The translations under genes were made by a program, and so were the position numbers. A stretch of 64,000 nucleotides of DNA from Camelus dromedarius (Eukaryota): contig NC_087437.1 in the NCBI RefSeq assembly GCF_036321535.1, positions 49,602,001 to 49,666,000 on the forward strand, in the 5' to 3' direction. Shown here one piece after another: positions 11,760 through 24,499 of the stretch (positions are counted from its first letter, which is position 1; every line of letters starts with the position of its first letter). A model generated the notes under the pieces. The model saw only the letters and a list, made by a program, of their open reading frames with translations, had not been told where the DNA came from and did not search any database.

Positions 11760-12100
11760 TGAAAACAAATAGTTTCATCATAAATTGGTGCATCCTGTGA
11801 TCGAATACTATGCAGCTGTACACAGGAACAAAGCCGCTCAGTCTCTTTGTACCAATATGGAAAGAGTTCTAAGGAACATTTGTTGGGTGAGAAAAGGCAC
11901 AGGAAGATCTGAATCTGTATTTGTATTTGCCTGTTTTTGCATAAATTCTGGAAGAACATACAAGAAGCTACACATGGTGGTAATGTTTGGGCCAGAGGGA
12001 GGAAACTAGGCAGATGGAAGACAAGGATAGACGTGAGGCTTTTCCCTTTGTATCTTGTTTGTTTTGAACATGTGAATGTGTCATCTTAAAAATTAAGACT
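11760..12100 (+). mobile_element. Old L1 (L1ME-like) 3' fragment
   Basis: ataaattggtgcatcc...gaatactatgcagctgta...accaatatggaaagag. Confidence 0.6.
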
Positions 12101-12397
12101 AGTAATGATAATGATAATACTAACAAAGCAGGACACTTGTGTTCAGGAAACAGAACCCTGACATATTGGCAGCATGTGAGAGGGACTGCTGCCTGACAGT
12201 AAGGAGGCACTTTGTCACAGGTTTATATTTTATTCATAATTCTGGGATTCTTCCCACCATTCCTGTGTGTGATGAGCTTGACCTTGGGTCTTGGCAGCTC
12301 TTCTTAGTTGGAGGGCATCCCTGGGGAGGAGGAAGTGAGTCTTTTCCTTCCCCTGGGCAGTGACAGGACCCTTCTCTAAATTCCTTGCGTTTTTCAG

Positions 12398-12481
12398 CTG
12401 TCTGGGTCTCGCTGGGACTGGCACTACCTGCTCTGGCAGGCACGGGGAGGAGGCAGCCAGGGTGCTGGCACTGTCCCCAAA
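12398..12481 (+). other. Weak candidate non-coding exon
   Basis: Acceptor ttccttgcgtttttcag and donor AAA/gtgagc. A second acceptor (ctcttgctttctttgcag) ends at 12561. No reading-frame support. Confidence 0.2.
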
Positions 12482-12989
12482 GTGAGCTGTTTTTCTGACT
12501 GCAGGTATCACAGAGAAAGCTTTGAAGAGCTGGCAAGACCAACCTCTTGCTTTCTTTGCAGGATGATGAAGATTCTAAGACTGGGGCAGTTGAAAGCAGA
12601 TTCTGAAGGTTTTCATTCAAACAATACGCTCCGAGGGCAATGCTATTAATGATCCCTGGCCAGGTCTGAGAGTGTTAATATTCCAAATATCTTAGGATAG
12701 CTCAGCAGCACATGTCTAATTTGAAGTAATTTATTCTGTTAATAGTTTGGTTTTCGGCTGCCAGGAACTCCGGGCATATGGCATTCCCCTAAGACACGAA
12801 GAAGAAAACCATTATGGGTGATAATAAGGAATGCACATTCATTGATATGTTTAACATCTTGGCTTGAAGATGAACTTCTAAGCCATGAATCCCAGTGGCT
12901 TCTCAGCTGTGTACAGGTTAAAGTACATTTCCCTGTGACTGCTGTATTTATTCCAATAATGTGATGACTCTGGGGCCACTCTGAACCTT

Positions 12990-13119
12990 GGCTTTGTGGT
13001 GGTGATAAGAATCACCTGGGATGCCTGCTGAACGCACAGATTCCTGGACTCCACCTAAGGCCTGGAAATCTGCTCAACTGCCTCAGATAATTCTTATCTG
13101 GCAAGTTTGGGAAACACTG
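12990..13119. mobile_element. MER5-like hAT MITE
   Basis: agaatcacctgggatgc...cagattcctgg...ggcaagtttgggaaacactg. Confidence 0.65.
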
Positions 13120-14233
13120 CATGTTAGAATCTTGAGAGGAAAGTGATGTTTTACTGAATCATCCTGTCTTTTAGGCTGACCTCTTCCACCCGGAATGACA
13201 AATGTCTGTGCCCAGAAAGAAAGGAGCAAGCATTCTCCGTTCCTGGGATGTCACTGTGTGTCAGCCAGTGAGAGGATCTTCAGGGTCTCCATTTGGCTTC
13301 ACTATGACTCATACTTATAATATCTGACTTTTCCTTTTTTGCTCAGGCCGAAGGTCTTGAAATACCTGCTGTTTCTTCACAGAGATTTCTGTTTTAAAGG
13401 CAGAACTCAGAAATCTGTGGAGCTGCATGTAAAAATTCAGGGTGGTGCTGGGCAGAGGCATCTGGTAACAGCTACATAATTCAATTACCCTCACAATTTC
13501 ACACACCCTATTTCCTCCATCAGACACACGTCTCAAGGGGCCAGACGAGTCACAAGTAGAGTGTTTATGTGGCACAGAACACAACAAAATGCCCTTCTTG
13601 TAAAAAACATTTTCACCCACTACAAAGTAAAAATCCCCAGCTGGTAGGTTCTAGTTAATAAAGCTTAGAAGTTGGAATTGGCCTCTTCTGTCCCATGGTA
13701 GAAGAGATTAAAAGTTAAATGGACCCTCCTCTGGGGTTCTTCTAACAGTAACTTAAAAAATCTCACCCACAAATGAACTTGTGACCATGTCAGCAAATGG
13801 GTTGATTTTGATTTGACTTAACTGAGGAGAACAGATAAGTTAATAAAAAAAAAATCAAATTTTTAAATTGGCCAAACAGGTTGTTTGAAACATTTGATCA
13901 GTCACCATTGTGTCAAATCAATCTAAATGGCTGAAACTTTTGAGATGAAACAGAGTCCAAGTTTTAAACACAATATATTTTCAAAAAGCAAACATCACTG
14001 CCCTGGTAGGGGAACTCCTGCTACCTGCCTCGTTTGAGGGCACTGTGACGGCTTCACTCAGTCTGCTCTTTACATGTTCTTATTTTTAATTGCTCAGGCT
14101 TGATCTCATAAGTTGTAAATTTCTTTTCATTTAAAAACAAACAAACAACTTTTCCTTTTTCCAGTCCTAGATAAAAAGGAAGGAGAGACGAGCAGGGAAG
14201 AGAAAGAGAAGGAAAGACATTCAGCCCTGAAGA

Positions 14234-14458
14234 TAGGAGTGGATACAGGTTTTATGGGGCCTGAGATTTATTGTCCTCTTAAAGAACGGTAATTCAAAAA
14301 TATCTGACTTCTGCAAATTTTATACAATCATATGCCCAGGTGAAGCCATTGCTAGGGCCCTTCCAGTGTCTTGGAAGGGCCCCCCCAGTAAAGGACTCAG
14401 AGCTGAAACTTTATCAGCTTTATTGTAAACAGCCTCTGCCTGCATATAACTTTTTGCC
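14234..14458. mobile_element. hAT-Tip100 (Arthur1/MER69-like) non-autonomous element
   Basis: Ends ggatacaggtttatggggcctgag and agctttattgtaaacagcctctg. Internal palindrome gggcccttcca/tggaagggccc. Confidence 0.6.
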
Positions 14459-14842
14459 TTCTGAATTTGAACACTGTCAATTAATTTTATTTCCTACCTT
14501 CAAAAATTACACATTTCTGAATGAGTGTATGAGTAAAGGTCTTCCCATGCCCAGGTAGAGTATTTTGAGAAACACATAAACCAGTTCTTAGATGAGTCTC
14601 CCGGGGTGTGAATGGGCTTCAGGACAAGGTGGTTTCTACCATGCCTCTTGTCTTCCCAGATCTTTGCATTTAATTGGGGGTATTTTTGCAGCGTCCGTAT
14701 TTCTTTTTGGTGGGACAGGGCCGAGGGTCAGAAGGCCTGGATTCCGGTCTCAGCTCCACGACTGTAGAGAATGTTAGGGTGGCGGAAGCCATAGTTGAGC
14801 TATAATTTCTCGGAAGGACAGACTGAGGCTGGAGACACGGCT

Positions 14843-14860
14843 GCCGACCCCTAGTGGCAC
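14843..14860 (-). promoter_or_regulatory. Candidate CTCF motif
   Basis: The minus strand reads gtgCCACTAGGGGTCggc, one mismatch from the CCASYAGRKGGC core, in locally CpG-retaining sequence. Confidence 0.3.
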
Positions 14861-17800
14861 GATTGGTCCCTGCACCGCAGGGACTCCCAGTCCAGTGCTC
14901 TTCCCACCAGTACTTCCTGGATCTTCCTCTATCTGTGCATTCTTCGGAAATGGACTTCTGACTGTTGTGATGTTTGGTTTCCTTCTCTGAACAAGAAAGA
15001 ACTAGAACCAGATAATCTAGAAATTCCTTTCAGTTTTAAGATTATCTGATTTTCTGATTCTCCAGCTGTTTTTTTCTTTTTGGGTCATCCTGATCTGCTC
15101 CTGGAGGACCTGTGCCTAGCCATCATGCCCAGCACCGGATTGGCTGAATGCTTCGAGTGGGATGGAGGTTTCACAATTCAAGGCTTCAAGGTGGGACTGT
15201 GAGCAGAATGGCTTTCACCTTGGCATATGACTGGCCTCTTCAGCTGTGTTGATTTGATAGCTGTCGGAGAAGCACAGGGCCAGAGGGGCCCTGAGAAGAC
15301 ACTCGTGGCTCGGTTTCTTTATAGAATGAAGACTCAGAGGCCCAGAGACTCTCCCAAGGCTGCTTCATCAACGTTAATGACAAAAAAAAAAAAAAAAAAA
15401 AAGGAACTCGGGTCCCCTGATTCTCAGGCTGGTGTTTTCCCCAGTACATTATTCTCAGCCTTTGGATTACATTTAAGTAGTTCCTACTGAACAAGTGCCT
15501 AAGTTCAGTTCTAATAAAAAGGCTCTGGGAAACCCAGGTGTCTCGTCTGCAGAATGGACTAAAGATTCTGGTTGGGATCCATGTTGAGGTTATTTTTCTT
15601 GATCCAAAGTCTCATTTATTTATATATTCAAATTAAAATATGACTTAGTTTATTAACACATATCCCTATACTTTTCTCAGCTCTGTAATTCTTTCTGGCC
15701 ACTGTCATAAACGTAAGGGACATTTGTTATTTTCATTTTGCTTCTAGAATCTTCTCCTACCACTAGAAGAGTTTAGTACTCCCTCTGTGAATCTTTCTAT
15801 CAAACTATCTTCCTCTTCCTCTTTCTAAACTAGATTCTTCCCTTTGAAACCATCTTTGATGAAGTGCACATCCTTTGCTCTCCTGCTAGGTTATTTTGTT
15901 CGGCTCACCACTATCATAAACCACCTCACTGAAAAGTCCTGGTCACCCTCTAAAGTGGACACAATTTCTCCATTTGTTGAGATGGGGGATTATGACTTTC
16001 CTACAGTTCTACAGTTAGTTGGTGATAAGATCTGATTTCCAACCCAGGTTTTCTGAATCAATTTCTGATATTCTTTTTGTTACATCATAGCCACCTGAAG
16101 GACAAAATGTAAGAAATGCCATTAAGGCCTTTGAGATAACACATGTGGGAATTCGGAAGAGGAGGGCATGCCTTCGACTAGCTGATGGCAGGAAGAGCTT
16201 CACGCAGGGGCAGGATTTGAGTCTGGGCTGAGAAGGCAGGGTAGGGTGTTACAGGCAAAGATGGGGAGCATGATTGTGTTGGGGGTAGGGGTGGTCCATG
16301 TGTGAGGGTGGGTGGTGGGCTAGTGCAGACCCTCACTGTCAGCAGCCAGGCCAGCACTGGCTCGTGTGGGAGCCACTGAGTTGTGCCCGTGGATTCACTC
16401 GTCACTGTGAGGATGAATGGCTTTTGCCGTCAGCTCCTCTGGCCCTTTCTTTCTCTATAAATAAATTATGCTTCTGCTTCCCTATGTATGCATTTCTCCT
16501 CTCATAGAAATAGTCTTTGTAAAGAATATATCATAAAAGGTAACATGTATTAACTATGTAACTTGAAAGGTAAAATTCCACCATTTAGCAGCTAATCTTG
16601 GTCTACACGTTAAGAATCCTTTTAATGGGCAAGAAAATTTTCTCCTCATTATCACTTCCTTAAATTGAATAGAACTAGGAGGCCTGGACTTGGCCTTGGG
16701 GGTTTTTCAAGGTGATAATGAGATAGCATTTTGTCCAACTTGTGCCTTATTTTAGTTCTTGGTATATTTGCTTTATCATCTCCACTAGATTTTAAGTTGT
16801 TTCAGCAGGGACCGTGTCATTTCAGTGTTGAATTCCTCACTGTGCTAAGCTCATGCCTGGCACACAGTAGGTACTCAGGCAGTCAGAGATTCAAGGCAGG
16901 GTTTCCAAAAATGTTCCTGATGAATCAAAAGGAGAATAAGGATTATTCTGCCTTCTGGGCAGCAATAGCTCCTAATCCATATAAGATTAATTTCTATAAT
17001 GTTTATAATGGAGATCTATTTTTTTCTAGGGCCAGAATATTTCTGTGCACTCTACCTGGACAGTCTTGGGGATCTAAGTGTTAATTGGAAGACTGCTTGA
17101 TGAATATAGATTCTGAGCAATTAATGGTTGAGAATCATGAGGGTTATTTCATCCAGGTTTTGGTGAAGCCTGAATAAGCACAGTGCTTTAGGGATGGACA
17201 TACCATCACCTACCACATTCTCCAGCCTCCCTCCTCCCCTCATTCCCAAAGGCTTGCCTGTTCTCAGACCCCAGCAGACCTTCCGTGCAGCTTGGCGTCA
17301 ACAGCGCCAGATGCAACCCATTTGCTGACTAAATCTAAGACAGAACTGTGTATTTTTTAACTTGTTCACTCTGAGATTAGTCTTACTTCTATCTAGGCTG
17401 CTTCCAATTGTGTGAGTATGAATGAATTTAACAGCAGAAAGTGTGGCAAGCGTCATTTTCACCATATCTCACTTAATCCTCTCAACCACCCTATGAGGTA
17501 GACAGAGCTGGGATTCGAACCCAGCTGCTTCCAAAGCCCACATTTCTTTACCCTACATTATACTGCCTCCCTATGGACACTCAAAGCCCTCCACGCCCAC
17601 ACTCCCACCCATCAAAACAGTCTCCCCTCTCCCTGCTCAGGCTTCCCACTAGGAACGCCAAACTGCTCTAAGTTCCTCCATGTGGTGAGCTGTGTCTGAT
17701 CCAGAAGCGGAATGGTCTGTTTGCACTGTATCTGTTTGGCTGAGATTTGAGTACCCAGGACAAGAGATAACAATGTTATGACAGGAGTGGGAAAGAGAGA

Positions 17801-17899
17801 GTATAAATATATGTGCCATGCTCACTGCACAACAGATCCCTAATACAGGTTGTTTCATTTAATCATCATAATTATCTCATGCAGTATCAGCAAGAATAC

Positions 17900-18290
17900 A
17901 TGTATGTGAGGGTTAAGAATTTAGACTTGGGAGCCAGTTTCCCCAAGTTGAATCCCACCTTTGCTACTCACTAGCTGCATGAACTTGGGCAGGTGTCTTA
18001 CCCTCTCTGTGCCTTAGTTTGCTTCTCTGTAAAATGAGAATGTTCAATAATAATTGAACTTGCATTATAAAGTTGTAATATGAGGATCAAATCGTGTCTG
18101 GCACATGGAAAACTCTCTCCAAGGGTTAGCTCTTCTTAATACCCCAATTTTAGAGATGAGGAATCTCGACTCAAAGAGGTTATGTCACTTGCTCAAGGTC
18201 ACGTGATTAGCAAATGGTAGCACTGATTTTTAAACCTAGGTGGGTCTGCTTCCAAAGCCCATACTATTTCCTATACATATTACTGTGTTC
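17900..18290. mobile_element. Two adjacent MIRs (+ ~17900-18135, - ~18135-18290)
   Basis: Cores ctctgtgccttagtttgcttctctgtaaaatgag and ccccaattttagagatgaggaatc. Confidence 0.8.
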
Positions 18291-19274
18291 AGAAAGGTGA
18301 AGACAATGAGCATTTCAGAATGATGCACTGTCTTTTAGGTATGTACTCATAAGGACATGCTAACATATTAAAGAGTTAAAAAGACTGTGGGTTTTGAGAT
18401 GAATCACAAAAATTGCCCTCAGTTTACATACTTTTCATAGTCTGGCATCACCTGCTGGGGTCATAGAAATACATCTTGGTCACTTGGGAGCAATTAATTG
18501 CTGTAGACATGCAAACCCTATGTAAAGGTTTGCCTTCGTCATTAGCATGTGCCAATTTTACAGTGAGGGGCCTGGGCTGAAAGGAGTTAAGTGCAGGTCC
18601 TTGATGGAATGGAATACTAAAAAGTGAGACATGCATGTTCAGCACACACCCAGAGAAAGGAGTTTTGGTGGGCGGTAGATTGTATGACTCAGTCTAGAGC
18701 CAAGAGGCCAGCTTGGGACTGGAGGCTGACTGCTTGGATTGCTTGCGTTGGAAAAGGGCAAGCAAACTGAGGGCGACCACCGAGAGTGGGGAGAAGATGT
18801 AAGATGAGACAGGAACTTTCATGACTGGTAGGAGTGTCAAGAGCTACATCCTTTCTGATCAGGAATATGGCACCATCTGTTAAATACCTTAAACATGGCT
18901 ACCTCACGCACTTTTAGTGCTGTCTCCTAAGACATAATGAATGATAGCGGAGGATTTGTATTCATTGCAGTATTATTAAAAATAAGCAAAATTTGGAGAT
19001 GATCTGTTCCAAATAGATTGATAAAATGGAATAATATGCAGCCTTCAATAGTAATTTTAGGAATTACTAGGGGAGCAAAGATCTTTTACAGCTTGTTCAT
19101 ATCTGTGCATTCCTTGCTTAAGACAATGCCTGGCACATAATAAGAGCTCAATTAATATTTGTTAGAGAAATAAATATAATATTAAGTGTGGAAAAATGTC
19201 AAAGGACACTAAACTGAATCTCTTGCTTTGAAACAAATCCTGACCACAGAAAAGGGAGTGTTAAAAGTGCTAAA

Positions 19275-20075
19275 TGTAGTACCCTGAATTGGATCCTGGA
19301 ACTGAAAAAAAGACATCAGTCAAACCACGAAAAGATATGGGAGAATCTTAAATGCACATTGCTAAGTGAAAGAAACCAATCTAAAAAAGCTATACATACC
19401 GTATGACTCCAACTCTATGGGACTGCAGAAAAAGCAAAACTAAAGAGACAATAAAAGATCAATGGTTGTCAGATGTTCTGGGAGAGAGAGGGGAGGCATG
19501 AATAGTGAAGCACAGGGCATCTTTAGGGCAGTGAAATTATTCTGTATTTTATGGTAGTGGCAGACAAATGTCACTAGTCATCTGTCAAAACTCATAAAAG
19601 TGTACAACACAGAGTGAATCTTAATGCAAACCATAAACTTTAGTTGATACTAGTGTATCGATATAAGCTCATTATTTTAACTAATGTACCACACAAATAC
19701 AAGGTGCTAATAATAGGGGAAGCTGTGTGCAAGGTGTGGAGGGGCTGGGCTGGGCTGGGCTGGGTTATGTAGGACTTGTACTACTTGCTCAGTTTTTCTC
19801 TAAATATAAAACTGTCCCCCTCCAAAATAGTTTATTAATTATTATTTTAAAAAAGACATTAGCGGAAAAGCTGGTGAAACCTGAGTAAATTTTGGATTTT
19901 AGTTAACACTAATGTACCAACATTAATGTCTTAGTTTTGATAAATGTCCCATAGCTATACAGGATGTTAACATTATGGGAAACTAGATGAAGAATATATG
20001 AGAACTCTCTACTATTTTTGTCACTTTTCTACAAATCTAAAATTTACCCCAAATGAAAAGCTTATTTAAAAAAGA
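19275..20075 (+). mobile_element. L1MC-like 3' end (19320-19848) nested in an older L1MD-like 3' end
   Basis: The inner element is bounded by the duplication aaaaaagacat(c/t)ag at 19306-19319 and 19849-19862. The outer L1 continues collinearly across it. Confidence 0.8.
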
Positions 20076-21841
20076 ATGCCTCACAGCAAATGATAGTCAG
20101 GGCTTCCTGGCTGACTACCCCCAGGCACAGGAGCCATCATCAGGCTGGGTACTGCCTGCGACACTGCAGTTGTTTAGGTGGCTGGGAGATGATAAAGGGA
20201 AAATCAAATGCTGACACTCAATTCTGGACTTTAGGTGACAGCCATGGCACCCAAGTTCCTAAGAGATCAAGTGAAGTGCGGTATGTGTAAACCTCTGACG
20301 TACAACTCCACAAAGAATTTACAAATGCCATCATCTATTTTTGGAAATCAATAAAAACAACAAAGGAAGGAAACTTGCAGTTGTGCCTTCTAAACTCGTC
20401 TCGTCTTTCCTTTCAGAATGTCTTCCTTTCCTTCTGTCGTCCCACGTTTATTAAGCAATTGCGTTAGACCCTCGGAACTCTTCAAGAAACAAGGCAGATG
20501 TGAGCCCTGCCCTCAAGGACACCACAACCTGGCCTTCAATAGTCAAAGAGTAAGTGTTTGCCCCCAACTTGGTGCACCCTCTCATCTTGAATGACCCCAG
20601 TGCTGATTTTATTATTTGTTGGCCTTTAACATGCTGTCCTAGGTCATAAGCAGAGTTGTCATTACCACCCTGTGCTGTTCCACAAGCTTTCAAAGACTTT
20701 CTTGCCCCTGCTTTGGGGTATTTTATCAATGGCCACCACCTCTGAGATTGGTGTTTTAGGACTTTTGTAAGTAGCCATCAACATGTCATTATCTTCCCTT
20801 TGAAAAGAACAGTAGCCTCAGTGAGATGGCCAGAGGGGTGGGAGAAGCAGTCATTTAGCCTGTGGCCATATAGAGTGTTGAGTTTCACACTAGCACTCCT
20901 TAGACTTGGCTTACCCCAAACTGGCCCTGGGTTCAAAGAGAGAATTCTTTCTGGGGCACCACTGTCATCTCCAGCTCCCATGAGCTCAGATACTGGACTA
21001 CTGCCCCTTTACCCTTTTTTTTTTTTTTAAATTTCTAAAACAAATATTTATTTAGCACCTCAGGTGGGCAAGATACTTTCTCTGACTAATGTAAGACTTC
21101 AAGGATATATAGTTGAGGAAAAAAGCCAAGTTCATTAAGTACCTCTAAAAGTTAGATCATAAGCCTGGAGACTGGAAAGACTGGGGAAAGGAAGAAATTC
21201 AGGCACAGATTCCCATCTGTGGAGACAAAGAATAGAGTACTTGAGTTGGCTCAGCAGAGTTTCCAGAAGCCAAAGATGTTCTTGCGCTCTGCAGTGATGT
21301 TGCATTGGGAAGGTCTGAATGTCTTCCTCTGTCACTTAAATTCGAGGTGTCCATACTGGACTCCTTGAATATCCCCTGTTTGCTGTTCTGTCTTCCCTTT
21401 ATTCTTTATAGTTTCTATCTCGCATCTGGCTCTTCCTTACCTGCCTGCGTCTTTAATATGGTTCATCAGAGTGGCAAGGGCAGGATACCTACTCTTAGAG
21501 AGCTGGTTTTATTTGGTTGGTCAGTCAGGAATGGCAGAGCCAAGCACGCTATTTCCCTAGTCCCCATCACCATCCCTGGTCAGGGTGCTGGGGTGACGTT
21601 GGTGGTGCTGGGGGTTCAGAATGTGATGGAAACATATTTTGAGGTGTTCTTTGCCCACAGTCATTCCCGATCTATTTTAGGGGGTGCATCTAACTTACTA
21701 GCACAAGCAGCTGAACAAGGTTCAAATTCCCTGTCTGTGGAGAGGCTGAGGCTGGTGTGCTGCTGCCTCTGACAGATGGGCCAGACGGCAGCCTGGGAGG
21801 GAGGGAGGATGGGGGTAATGACGGTAGCTCAGCCTCAGGTA

Positions 21842-22375
21842 CAGGGCTGGCTTCATGGGCGTGTGACGGGTGAAGCCCCAAATACTCTGTGCTTTAAAAG
21901 GGCCCGTATTAAGTTTAATGCTCTGCTGTCACTCTCTTAAATTATTAATAATTTTCACCCGAGGGGCCCACATTTTAATTTTGCACTGGGCCCCTGTTTT
22001 AGTCTGTTGAAGCTGCTATAATCAAATATGATAGATTGGGTAGCTTAGAAACAAGAGAAATTTACTTCTCACAGTCCTGGGGGCTGGAAGTAAGAGATCA
22101 GGAAGCCAGCATGGTCAGGTGGGGACCCTCTTATGGGGTGCAGATTTCTCGTTGTGTCCCCATGTGGTGGAAGGGGCGAGGAATCTCCCAGGGTCTCTCT
22201 AACAAGGGTGCTAATCTCATCTCACTCATGAGATTAGCTCTGCTCTCATGGCCTAACTACCTATTGAAATTTCCACCCCTGAGACCATCATATCAGGCAT
22301 TAGGATTTCAACAGGTGAATTTTGTGGGTACTCATTCAGATTGTTGCAGTCCCACAAATTCTGTAGCCAGTCCTG
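21842..22375 (+). mobile_element. MER53 hAT MITE split by an LTR
   Basis: Ends cagggctggcttcat and tgtagccagtcctg. 8-bp TSD ctcaggta / ctcacgtg. Confidence 0.82.
21995..22348 (-). mobile_element. MaLR solo LTR (MLT1A-like)
   Basis: TG...CA ends, 5-bp TSD gcccc / gtccc, homologous to 4291-4643. Confidence 0.88.
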
Positions 22376-22394
22376 CTCACGTGCAATAAGTACA

Positions 22395-22595
22395 GGAAAA
22401 TCAGACAGTTTGGGGTTCAAATTAGGGCTCAGGTCCTCCTCGTTAGCCATGAGATCAGGAGCTAATCCTTGCTTAAATCTCTGGGCCTCAGTGTCTTCAT
22501 CAGTTAAATGGGATACTTCTGCATTTAGAGAAATATTTATATGAGAAAACGTAGTTTAAAGAACTAGATTGGTGCCAGGCACACAGTAGCTATCT
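22395..22595 (+). mobile_element. MIR SINE
   Basis: ctctgggcctcagtgtcttcatcagttaaatggg...gtgccaggcacacagtag. Confidence 0.75.
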
Positions 22596-22599
22596 TGCC

Positions 22600-22760
22600 A
22601 GCATCCATTTATCCAGCACGTATCCAGACACTCATCTGGACATCCCACAAATATTTACTGTTTGCCTATTTGCGTAAGGCATTATGCGTGGCCCTGTTTG
22701 AGATGTAGAGCTGAGAACAATGTGTTCTCAAATAGCTTACAATGTAATAAGAGAGAGAAG
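22600..22760 (-). mobile_element. L2 3' end relic
   Basis: catccatttatccagc...caaatatttactg...aggcattatgc...agcttacaatgtaa. Confidence 0.6.
22714..22728. promoter_or_regulatory. Perfect palindromic GR/AR/PR/MR response element motif
   Basis: AGAACA-atg-TGTTCT. The motif is read directly; function is untested. Confidence 0.5.
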
Positions 22761-24499
22761 ACTCCTCCCTCCATAATGGTCCCTACCAACCGAAGTTAAA
22801 TGTAGTATCACTTTGGGAACTGGTTATCATTTGCAGGGAGGTAGGAAGGAGATAAGAGGAAAGTAGGCGTAAAACTTAAGGATGAGAAGGTAGATTTGTA
22901 ACTTGGAATAGCGTGAGTCTTAGAGGGAAGTTAACAGAGAGCTTTGACAAGTGTAACCTCATTTTAACAAGTATCCCCAGGAGGGAGAGGGTAATAACTG
23001 TGGATGAAGGGAGACAGAGAAAGGAGGCTAGGGAGGGAGGGGCCGAGTTACAGTTCCAGGAGCAAGAAAAGAACAAAACTGGATCCAATCATTGGATAGA
23101 ATACACAGTTTAACACTCCTGTTGTCACACCAAGCAGCAGGTTTCAAATCATAACAGATTTCTGATTTTAACCACAGCAGCTTTTATCAGGTTAAGCATG
23201 GAAGCAGACGAGCAATGCACAAACATGGGGAAATTTACCATCTTGGTTTAATAAACGAGTGTATGTGCTGCATTGAAACAGTGCAACTTCCTTAATCCAA
23301 TATCTGATGAAGGAGCAAGGATAGAAGAATTAATTTACCACGCACTAATTAAAGAGGGGTATGCACTGTATATACGGTGGAAGTCTCTGAAATGAATATT
23401 TGATAAACAATATCTGGTAAATTAAAAACCTGAAATGTTAAATTAAATGCAAATTAAAAATCTGGAATGTTAAATTAATTAAATACAGAAAACTGCATCA
23501 AATAGCATTACAGGTCTCAGTTAAATCAGGGAGAAAAAAAAGCCAAGTTATTCGGCAGCACATCTTGCCAGAGTGTGCTTCCAACTCACCTGTGGGGATA
23601 ATGAGGGCTGACAGGAGCTTCAGCTTTATTCACAGATGCACATGTGGTAGGCACAGCATTTCTAGATACTTTTTACTTTTAAGTGAGGAATAAAATGGAA
23701 TTTTTACTTTATCACGGAAAAAATGTGAGGGCATTTATGCAAATCATTGGATCTTCTTTTGCTTGAAACAAATTGCCACATTAAGGGACTCCTCTAAGGC
23801 AGAGGATTCACCCTGTGTGGTGGCTGAGTTCATGTCTGAGGTGCAGCAGAAGAGCGAGCTTGGTGAATCAGGCTGAGAATGTTCCTGGAGACCTGCCTCT
23901 CGCTGTAGCTTTGCTGTAGAGGAAGAACCAGAATGTCCTGGTTGTCCAATGGGCATGAGCCCCATGGTCCTGTGAAGACATCTAAGGGGTGAGGCCAGCC
24001 ATATTTGCTGGTTTCTTGAGAACAAGAGGTGCCTCTTAAACCATCACCTACAGTTATCTGACTCTTGATTTGAACACAGCATCAATTTCAGTGGGCCCTT
24101 TGGATTTGAAATTCGAAATACTGACTATTTAGTGATTCTGGGCAGGACATTCTTTTTTCCTTCCTCTGTTTCCTCACCTGTTACATGAGGCTCACGATGC
24201 TGGGACCACAGAGAGCTGCTGACGGGAATAAACTAATCAACCTGAGTACTTCATAATTTTGTTTCTAACTTCCGCAATTTAACGCACACTCTAAAGCTGT
24301 CACAGACCACCAAAGTAATTTTTCATAGTCTTAGTGTCTGGTGTCTAGGTTTTGAGCACTTGAGATATATAATTTACTTTTTAAAAAGAAATAAAGGTTT
24401 GTTCAGTGGATGGGAAACTTCACAGGATGGATTGTTTTCAACTTCCATTGGGCCACATAGTACCTTGTTCAGTTCTCTACTTTGGCACTTATTGTGTAT

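Noticed and set aside
14355..14382. Perfect 11-bp inverted repeat
   Set aside because: An internal palindrome of the hAT element; too short for a pre-miRNA.
16290..16505. Possible LTR fragment (AATAAA near a ...tctca end)
   Set aside because: No family match or TSD that I can identify.
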